This document shows, piece by piece, positions 8,991 through 15,179 of a stretch of DNA of 24,000 bases; position 1 is the stretch's first letter, and every line of letters begins with the position of its first letter. This DNA is from Kribbella antiqua (GTDB lineage Bacteria; Actinomycetota; Actinomycetes; Propionibacteriales; Kribbellaceae): NCBI RefSeq assembly GCF_004345665.1, contig NZ_SLWR01000015.1:169535-193534 (forward strand). The letters are read 5' to 3'. The notes beneath the pieces are model-generated. The model did no database searches, had not been told where the DNA came from, and was given only the letters and a program-made list of their open reading frames with translations. A program made the position numbers and the translations under genes.

Positions 8991-9028
8991 GGGGACCTCG
9001 GACATCTGATCAGATGTCCGAGGTCCCC
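8991..9028 (+). terminator. 38-nt perfect palindrome hairpin downstream of rpmE2 (intrinsic terminator without U tract)
   Basis: GGGGACCTCGGACATCTGA|TCAGATGTCCGAGGTCCCC is perfectly self-complementary and starts 30 nt after the L31 stop. A partial third copy of the arm (GGACCTCGGACAC) lies at 8973..8985. Confidence 0.7.
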
Positions 9029-9051
9029 ATTGCATGTCTGAAGGCCGATCT

Positions 9052-9067
9052 GTCTCGGATCTCAGAC
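9052..9067. promoter_or_regulatory. Operator-like site GTCTCGGATCTCAGAC upstream of the HAL-like paralog (14/16 identical to the hutH/GNAT palindrome)
   Basis: Direct comparison with GTCTCAGATCTGAGAC (5017..5032). The differences are at positions 6 and 12 only. It lies 50 nt upstream of GTG 9117. Confidence 0.4.
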
Positions 9068-9116
9068 GGCGGCGTGGGCGCGGCGCTTACTCCGATGGTG
9101 TCGTTAGACCCACACT

Positions 9117-10544
9117 GTGCACGTGGAGCCGGTGGAGATTTCGGGTGTCGGGCTGACGCCGCTGGAGGCTGTCGCGCTCGGGCAGCGGCGGACCGCCGTA
9201 CGGCTGAGCGACGAGGCGCGGAAGCGGATGAGTGAGTCGGCCGCGGCGGTGGCCGAGGCCGCGCGACATCGGCCGGTGTACGGGCGGACGACCGGAGTCG
9301 GCGCCAATCGTGACGTACTGACCTCGGATCCTGAGCACGGCGCCCGGCTGCTCGGGTCGCACTCCACCACCGGTACGACGTCGTACCCGAAGGACGTGGT
9401 CCGGCTCGGGCTGCTGATCCGGGTCAACCAGCTCGCATCCGGCGGCTCCGGGCTGCAGCCCGAGGTCGCCGACGCGATCGTTACCTTGCTCAACGACGAC
9501 GAGCTGCCGGACCTCCACCGAGGCGGCGCGATCGGGACCGGCGACCTCGGCCCACTCGCCGAACTCGGGCTCGCCCTGGGCGATGTCGTCGACGGTACGA
9601 GCGCCCTCCCCTTGCTCTCCAGCAACGCCATCACCTTGGCCGAGTGTTGTCTCGCATACATCGAGGCCGCCACGCTGATCAACGTCGTACCGCTGGTCGG
9701 AGCGCTGTCGCACGTCGCGCTGCGAGGCAATGCCGAGGTGTACGACGTCCGCGTGCACGAAGCGCGGCCGCAGCCGGGTCAGGTCCGGGCGGCGCGGCGG
9801 ATGCGCGGACTGCTGGACAGCCTGCCGATCGTGCCGGCTCGAGTCCAGGATCCCTTTGGGCTCAGGGCGTTCGCGCAGGTGCTCGGTCCGGCCGTCGATC
9901 ATGTGGATGTCCTAGGCAACAGTTTGCGGATCGACCTCAACGCGTCCGCGGAGAACCCGCTGGTGGCCGGCGACACCGTGCTGCACAACGGGAACTGGCA
10001 CGCGATGCCGATCGCGCTCGCCCTCGACTCACTCCGGCTCAGCCTGCACAGCGTCGCCACCCTGTCGACCTCCCGCGTGGCGAATCTGGTCGACCCGGAG
10101 TTCACCGGGCTGAGCCGATTCCTGGCCAGTGGTGCCGAGGCGAGCTCGGGCGTCATGATGATCGAGTACGTCGCCCACGACGCGCTGGCCTCGGTCCGTT
10201 CATCCGCGCAGCCGGCGACCCTTGGTACGGCGACCTTGTCGCGCGGGGCCGAGCACCACGCCAGCTTCGCGCCACAGGCCGCCGTACTGACTGCACAACT
10301 CCTCGATGCGTTGAGAGAAGTCTTGGCCTGCGAGCTGGTGACCGCCGTACGGGCGATTCGCCTTGCAGGCTTGGAACCTGAGGACCTCGCTCCGGCCGCG
10401 GTCGGGCCCTGGCTGGCGGATGCCCTCGCCGCACTGCCCGGCGATCTGGCGGACCGGTCGTTGCGGGAAGACCTGGAGATCGCCCGCGGTCTGCTCACGC
10501 AGTGGGGCGACCGCCAGGTCGAGCATCCCGCCGAATCGGGCTAG
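9117..10544 (+). CDS. HAL/PAL (aromatic amino acid lyase) superfamily protein lacking the canonical MIO triad; function unknown
   Basis: 475 aa, colinear with the HutH in this window. Motifs: VYGRTTGVG, GSHSTTG, GGAI-GTG-DLGPLAE (codons 9534..9542 GGG ACC GGC in place of X-Ser-Gly), LLSSNAITL, QDPFGLRA (Phe codon 9855..9857 in place of the catalytic Tyr), NGNWHAMP, AEHHASF. High GC3 and uninterrupted. The start is uncertain among GTG 9117, 9123 and 9132. Confidence 0.85.
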   Translation: MHVEPVEISGVGLTPLEAVALGQRRTAVRLSDEARKRMSESAAAVAEAARHRPVYGRTTGVGANRDVLTSDPEHGARLLGSHSTTGTTSYPKDVVRLGLLIRVNQLASGGSGLQPEVADAIVTLLNDDELPDLHRGGAIGTGDLGPLAELGLALGDVVDGTSALPLLSSNAITLAECCLAYIEAATLINVVPLVGALSHVALRGNAEVYDVRVHEARPQPGQVRAARRMRGLLDSLPIVPARVQDPFGLRAFAQVLGPAVDHVDVLGNSLRIDLNASAENPLVAGDTVLHNGNWHAMPIALALDSLRLSLHSVATLSTSRVANLVDPEFTGLSRFLASGAEASSGVMMIEYVAHDALASVRSSAQPATLGTATLSRGAEHHASFAPQAAVLTAQLLDALREVLACELVTAVRAIRLAGLEPEDLAPAAVGPWLADALAALPGDLADRSLREDLEIARGLLTQWGDRQVEHPAESG

Positions 10545-11701
10545 AGCTGCTTGAGATCGAAGGCCGCGGCCATTGCCTTGAAGCCTTCGGCGTTCGGGTG
10601 CAGGTGGTCGCCGACGTCGTACGCCGGCAGCATCTTCGACGGGTTCGCCGGGTCGCGGACTGCCTTGTCGAAGTCGGCGACCGCGTCGTACTCACCGGAC
10701 GTCCGGATCCACGTGCTCAGCGCCTGCCGGTCCGCTTCGCCCGCGGGCGTGTAGTAGCCCGCACCTTCGTACGGCGTCAGCGTCGCGCCGATCACCTTGA
10801 GCCCAGCCTGATGCGCCCGCTGGATGAACTGCCGATGTACGGCGATCAGGTCTGCCGGCTCTGTGGCGCCTCTGCTGTTGCCGATGTCGTTGATGCCTTC
10901 CAGCAATACGACGGTCCGTACGCCGGCCTGCCCGATCACGTCCCGGTCGAACCGCGCCAGCGTCGAGTCACCCGCCGTACCGGCGTTCTGCAGCAGGCGG
11001 TTGCCGCTGATGCCGGCGTTGAGTACGCCGAGCTCGCGGAAGGCCGGCTGGGCCAGCAGGCGATCGGCGAGCTGGTCCGGGTAGCGCAGGTTCTGGTCGA
11101 TCGGCGAGACCACACCATCGGTGATCGAGTCCCCGAACAACACCACCGAGCCGCGCACCCGGCTCTTCACGTCAACGCCCTCGATGATGTACCGAGCCAT
11201 CCCCGGGATCGCCTGGTACGACGACCCGTTGCCTGCCGCCTGGTCACCAGCGGCGGAGAAGCCGGTCGCGTACCTGGTCGGGTGCTGAGTCAGCGGACCG
11301 GTCGGGCCCGGGAAGTACGTGCTGATCACCAGGTCGGTGTCATCCGGTACGGCGATGCGCACCGGGTCGGACACCCACTCAGCACCTACTGGGATCGTGA
11401 CCGACGGGCGCCCGCCGAACAGCACCGGAACCAGCGTGGCCGGGTCGAGTGTCGGCGTACCCGCCAAGTCAGCACCTCGCGGCGTGACCGTCACCTTGCC
11501 GACGACGAGCGGAGTCGTCCCGTAGACGTTGGAGAGCCGCAACCGCAGCTCAGGCCCACCGACTGATAGATGGGCAACCTGGCGGAGCGTGGTGTCGGTG
11601 ACGCCAGTCGCTGACAGCCCCGTCGTACCGGGCGGGGTAACGGCAACGGCCCAGCTGCCGACCCAATCGGCCGGAGTAGACGCCGAAGCTGCCGGCGTCA
11701 C
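10541..11701 (-). CDS. SGNH/GDSL-family hydrolase (esterase/lipase-like) with N-terminal beta-rich domain
   Basis: 386 aa. Block I VVLFGDSITDGV (catalytic Ser), block III GINDIG region, block V DHLHPN (Asp-x-x-His). About 170 aa N-terminal extension. GTG start at 11701, with a TGA stop codon immediately upstream in frame. 4-nt convergent overlap with the HAL-like gene. Confidence 0.85.
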   Translation of the reverse strand: MTPAASASTPADWVGSWAVAVTPPGTTGLSATGVTDTTLRQVAHLSVGGPELRLRLSNVYGTTPLVVGKVTVTPRGADLAGTPTLDPATLVPVLFGGRPSVTIPVGAEWVSDPVRIAVPDDTDLVISTYFPGPTGPLTQHPTRYATGFSAAGDQAAGNGSSYQAIPGMARYIIEGVDVKSRVRGSVVLFGDSITDGVVSPIDQNLRYPDQLADRLLAQPAFRELGVLNAGISGNRLLQNAGTAGDSTLARFDRDVIGQAGVRTVVLLEGINDIGNSRGATEPADLIAVHRQFIQRAHQAGLKVIGATLTPYEGAGYYTPAGEADRQALSTWIRTSGEYDAVADFDKAVRDPANPSKMLPAYDVGDHLHPNAEGFKAMAAAFDLKQL

Positions 11702-11753
11702 TCACCGCCACCGTCACTCGGGTACGGTGCTCTTGATCGGGCAGAGAAGGGGC

Positions 11754-12722
11754 GTGGGTGTGACGACGAACGTAGAAGGCTTCGATCGGCTGGTCGAACC
11801 GTTCCGTTCGGAGTTGCTGGCGTACTGCTATCGGATGCTCGGCACGGTTCACGACGCTGAGGACTTGGTTCAGGACACGTACCTGAGGGCGTGGCGGGCG
11901 CGGGAGCAGTACGACGAGTCCCGTAGTTCGCTCCGGACCTGGCTCTACCGGATCGCGACGAACGCCTGCCTGACCGCATTGAAGGGCCATGGCCGTCGGC
12001 CATTGCCGTCGGGGTTGGTGGCCGAGTCGGAGCCGCTCGCTCCGCTGGTCCTGGGAGATAACGTGCCCTGGCTTCAGCCGTTGCCGGACTCGTTGCTGAC
12101 CGGCGGTGATCCGGCCGGGGCCGTGATCGGCCGCAGCAGTCTGCGTCTGGCGTTTGCCGCCGCCCTGCAGCACCTGTCGGCGCGTCAGCGCGGTGCACTG
12201 ATCCTGCGTGACGTGCTCAGCTTCTCCGCGGCCGAGGCGGCGGAGATCCTCGGCACCACCGTCGTGTCGGTGAACAGTTCGCTACAGCGGGCGCGTACCC
12301 GGCTGAAGGAGATCGGGATCCAGCACGAAGATGTCAGCGAGCCGCTCGAGGCCGAGCAGCGAGCCTGGGTCGAGCGCTACATGAAAGCGTTCATGAACGC
12401 CGACTTCGAGGGGCTCAAGCGGCTGCTCACCGAGGACGTGCTCATGGAGATGCCGCCGATGCTCAACTGGTTCACCGGGCCCGGCAACTACGGCCTGTTC
12501 ATGGAATGGGTCTTCGCGAAGGCCGGAACGGACTGGCAGCTGAAGATCGTCGCCGCCAACGGCCAGCCCGGTTTCGCCGCATACCGGCGCGTCGGTGGCG
12601 GATACGAGCTGCACACGCTCCAGATCTTCACGGTCACCGCCGACGGCATCAGCCGGAATTCGGTGTTCCAAGATTCCGGGGTCTTCGCGGCCTTCGGTCT
12701 GGCGGCCAGACTCGACGCCTAG
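11754..12722 (+). CDS. ECF-type RNA polymerase sigma-70 factor with fused C-terminal NTF2/SnoaL-like domain (ECF41/ECF56, SigJ/SigG-like architecture)
   Basis: Region 2: FDRLVEPFRSELLAYCYRMLGTVHDAEDLVQDTYLRAWRA..LRTWLYRIATNACL. Region 4: LSARQRGALILRDVLSFSAAEAAEILGTTVVSVNSSLQRAR. A ~130 aa tail follows (..VERYMKAFMNADFEGLKRLLTEDVLMEMPP..NGQPGFAAY..LQIFTV..). I chose the GTG 11754 start (or 11760) because of the GAAGGGG RBS. The track's 11529 start overlaps the SGNH gene. Confidence 0.85.
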   Translation: MGVTTNVEGFDRLVEPFRSELLAYCYRMLGTVHDAEDLVQDTYLRAWRAREQYDESRSSLRTWLYRIATNACLTALKGHGRRPLPSGLVAESEPLAPLVLGDNVPWLQPLPDSLLTGGDPAGAVIGRSSLRLAFAAALQHLSARQRGALILRDVLSFSAAEAAEILGTTVVSVNSSLQRARTRLKEIGIQHEDVSEPLEAEQRAWVERYMKAFMNADFEGLKRLLTEDVLMEMPPMLNWFTGPGNYGLFMEWVFAKAGTDWQLKIVAANGQPGFAAYRRVGGGYELHTLQIFTVTADGISRNSVFQDSGVFAAFGLAARLDA

Positions 12723-13000
12723 GGACTTGGCAACGTCGGGCGTCCAGTGCGGCCGGGGTGGTGGCTGGTCACGGACCTGGCGTGGGGGACCTGTCGGTGT
12801 CTGTTCCGACTGGACGCCGTACCGCCAGGAGTGCGGCTGAGCCTGTAGGCCGGCGAGGGCGTCGAAGGCGCCACGGGAGCCGTGGATCAGTACGCCTCAA
12901 CATCTTTTTCGCGGGCGCGATGAGTTCCGGCTCCGCCGACGGTATGTATTCCCGAGTTCGCCGGAATATCCCGGGCGAACCGATCACAAGGGAGAATCCG

Positions 13001-13411
13001 ATGTCAGACAGTCGTGCGGCAGACGAGGCCGCCATCCAGGCCGTACTGGTTGACTCCTACAAAGCGTGGGAAGCTGGCGACGCTGCCGGCATGGTCGCCA
13101 ACTACACCGCGGACGCGACCGCCATCATCCCCGGCTCGCTCCGCGACAGCCGGGAGGTAATCCGCGAGAACATGGCCCTGGCCTTCGATGGGCCACTCAA
13201 GGGCAGCTCGACCTCCAACAAGCAGCTCAGCCTCCGCTTCGTCGGCAGGGACGCCGCGATCGTCATCAGCGAATCCGGCATCCTGTTCCCCGGCCAGACC
13301 GAGGTTCCGGACACCGGCAAGGTGAACGCGACCTGGGTTTTCGAGAAGCGGGACGGCCAGTGGCTGATCGCCGCCTATCACAACAGCCCGGTGCTGGCGC
13401 CGGCGCAGTGA
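13001..13411 (+). CDS. SgcJ/EcaC-family (DUF4440/SnoaL-like, NTF2 fold) protein
   Basis: 136 aa: MSDSRAADEAAIQAVLVDSYKAWEAGDAAGMVANYTADATAIIPG...WVFEKRDGQWLIAAYHNSP. This is the typical NTF2-like pattern. AAGGGAGA RBS at 12988..12995. The long track ORF (12506) is an artefactual upstream extension. Confidence 0.8.
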   Translation: MSDSRAADEAAIQAVLVDSYKAWEAGDAAGMVANYTADATAIIPGSLRDSREVIRENMALAFDGPLKGSSTSNKQLSLRFVGRDAAIVISESGILFPGQTEVPDTGKVNATWVFEKRDGQWLIAAYHNSPVLAPAQ

Positions 13412-13438
13412 ACCTTCGCCGTAACCGGCGGTGAAGGT
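13412..13438 (+). terminator. Hairpin immediately after the NTF2-like gene
   Basis: ACCTTC-GCCG-taac-CGGC-(ggt bulge)-GAAGGT starts 1 nt after the stop codon. No U tract. Confidence 0.4.
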
Positions 13439-13582
13439 GTGTAGTGGCGCAGCGGCCTGACATCGCTGGCCCCGATGTTCGAGCGTGGGGTCGAACGGCG
13501 TGAAGCCCCAGGCACTTGTTGGAATGGTCGCCGCTTTGCTACCGGCGCAGCCCGCAATCGCCATTCGGCAGCTCCTCGCCGG

Positions 13583-14425
13583 TCAGAGACGGTTGTAGGC
13601 CTTCAACGTCCTGAGGGCGGCGACGGTGACGATGCCTCGGTAGGCGAGGGTGGAGGCTGGGCCTGGGGGTTCCCAGGTGATTGCCCAGCCTCCGTCGGGT
13701 TGCTGGTCGGTGATGAGGCGGTCCAGGTGAGCCTCGAGTTGGGCGTCGGTGAAGAGGGGGCGCCAGAAGCTGTCGGGGGCTGGGGCCAGGTGGAGTGGGG
13801 TTACGCCGTACGTCGGGTCGGCGGCGTCGGCCCGGAACCAGTTGAGTTTGGGGAGCCAGTCGCGGACCCGGTCGAGGTCGACGTTGTCGGTGTGCTCGAG
13901 GTACTCGAGGACCTCGTGCATGCCGTGGGCGTCTTCGGGGAAGCCGTTGGCGAGCTGTGTCGCGCACCAGGCGGCGGCTTGGTCGCGCCAGGGGTGTTCG
14001 ACGCCGAGCTTGTGGAGTCGGCCGACGAGGCCGGCGGTCGGGTTGAGATCGGGCTGGTAGGTCCACTCGCTGATGTGCTCGGCCCGCGGGTAGTCCTCGA
14101 CGATCGGCGCGCAGAGTGAGACGGCGCCGTCGGAGGTCGCGACCGACTGCAGCCAGTCGACGGCTCGGCGGATCATCTCGTCGTCGCGCGTACCGGCAGC
14201 CAGCAGGGTGTCGAAGGCGACCTCCACGTCCAGCGGGAGGCTCGCCGGGCATCGCTTGTCCGGCTCGAGGCCGTGACCGAAGCCGCCGTCCGGGTTCTGG
14301 TATCCGCGCAGCGCGTCGACCACGCCTTGTGGGTCGGCGCCTTCGAAGACGGTGGCGAAGAGGCGACCCTCGAGCAGCCGGGCGTCCCGCCGTACGAAAT
14401 CACGACCTGCGGTGAAGATGTCCAT
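13583..14425 (-). CDS. Hypothetical protein with prenyltransferase/squalene-oxidase-like (alpha/alpha toroid) repeats
   Basis: Repeat-like motifs: LRGYQNPDGGFGHGLE, VDWLQSVATSDGAV and LITDQQPDGGWAITWE. I chose the ATG 14425 start (MDIFTAGRDF..) because of the GGTGGAGG RBS. The track start at 14488 has no RBS. Family assignment is by motif recognition only. Confidence 0.55.
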   Translation of the reverse strand: MDIFTAGRDFVRRDARLLEGRLFATVFEGADPQGVVDALRGYQNPDGGFGHGLEPDKRCPASLPLDVEVAFDTLLAAGTRDDEMIRRAVDWLQSVATSDGAVSLCAPIVEDYPRAEHISEWTYQPDLNPTAGLVGRLHKLGVEHPWRDQAAAWCATQLANGFPEDAHGMHEVLEYLEHTDNVDLDRVRDWLPKLNWFRADAADPTYGVTPLHLAPAPDSFWRPLFTDAQLEAHLDRLITDQQPDGGWAITWEPPGPASTLAYRGIVTVAALRTLKAYNRL

Positions 14426-14501
14426 GCCTCCACCTTGGCGCAGACCGCCGACAGAGTCTTGAACGAAACGGACATCGGCCTGCCCCATCGCCGTGTAAAC
14501 G

Positions 14502-15179
14502 TCACGGTTCGAAGCGGTAGCCCATTCCTGGTTCGGTGAGGAGGTGTTTTGGGCGGGCCGGATCGGGCTCCAGCTTGCGGCGAAGCTGGCCCATGTAGAA
14601 GCGGAGGTTGCCGCTCGCGGTCTCGTAGCCGGGGCCCCAGACCTCGGTGAGCAGCTGGCGTTGGGACATGAGCTTGCCGGGGTGCCGGACCAGGACCTCC
14701 AGCAGATGCCATTCGGTCGGCGTCAGGCGGATGTCCTCGCCGGACTCCAACGTCACGCGCTTGGCCGCCAGGTCGACCGTCGCGCCACCGACCGTGACGA
14801 CCGGCTGATCCTGGGCGATGTTGCTCCGCCGCAGTACGGCGCGCATCCGGGCGAGCAGCTCGTCGATGCCGAACGGCTTGGTCACGTAGTCGTCCGCGCC
14901 GGCGTCCAGCGCCTCGACCTTGTCCGTTTGGTCGGTACGCCCGGACAGCACGAGGATCGGCGCCTCGGTCCAGCCGCGCAGGCCGCGAATCACGTCGACG
15001 CCGTCGAAGTCCGGCAGTCCGAGGTCGAGGATGACCAGCTCCGGCGGGTTCTGCGCCGCCACCTTCAACGCCGCCGTACCACTGCCGGCCAGGTGGACCT
15101 CATACCCGCGCGCCTTCAGGTTGATCTGCAGAGCCCGCACGATCTGCGGCTCGTCATCAACCACGAGGACCCTCGTCAT
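14502..15179 (-). CDS. kdpE: Two-component response regulator KdpE (OmpR/PhoB family)
   Basis: 225 aa. Receiver domain (VLVVDDEPQI..ILDLGLPDFDG..DDYVTKPF) plus a winged-helix output domain (..LTPTEWHLLEVLVRHPGKLMSQRQLL..YMGQLRRKLE..GMGYRF). ATGA overlap with the kdpD stop. Confidence 0.95.
   Translation of the reverse strand: MTRVLVVDDEPQIVRALQINLKARGYEVHLAGSGTAALKVAAQNPPELVILDLGLPDFDGVDVIRGLRGWTEAPILVLSGRTDQTDKVEALDAGADDYVTKPFGIDELLARMRAVLRRSNIAQDQPVVTVGGATVDLAAKRVTLESGEDIRLTPTEWHLLEVLVRHPGKLMSQRQLLTEVWGPGYETASGNLRFYMGQLRRKLEPDPARPKHLLTEPGMGYRFEP

Noticed and set aside
9087-9902. 271-aa - strand ORF, plus other - strand ORFs overlapping 9117..10544
   Set aside because: They are antisense to the HAL-like gene, which aligns colinearly with HutH over its whole length.
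10502-11566. 354-aa + strand ORF
   Set aside because: It is antisense to the SGNH hydrolase, which has the GDS and DxxH blocks on the - strand.
12723-13000. Hidden anti-sigma factor or small ORF between the ECF sigma and the NTF2 gene
   Set aside because: The frames that are open here (the extension of 12506..13411 and - strand 12769..13035) are Arg/Gly/Pro-rich with no TM segment or zinc-finger anti-sigma motif. Sigma factors with this fused-tail architecture typically lack a separate anti-sigma factor.
13470-13530. tRNA-like T-arm resemblance (tggggtcgaacggcgtgaagcccca) in the convergent intergenic region
   Set aside because: It forms only a 5-bp stem with a 15-nt loop. There is no acceptor, D or anticodon arm and no GTTCGAATC box, so it is not a tRNA.
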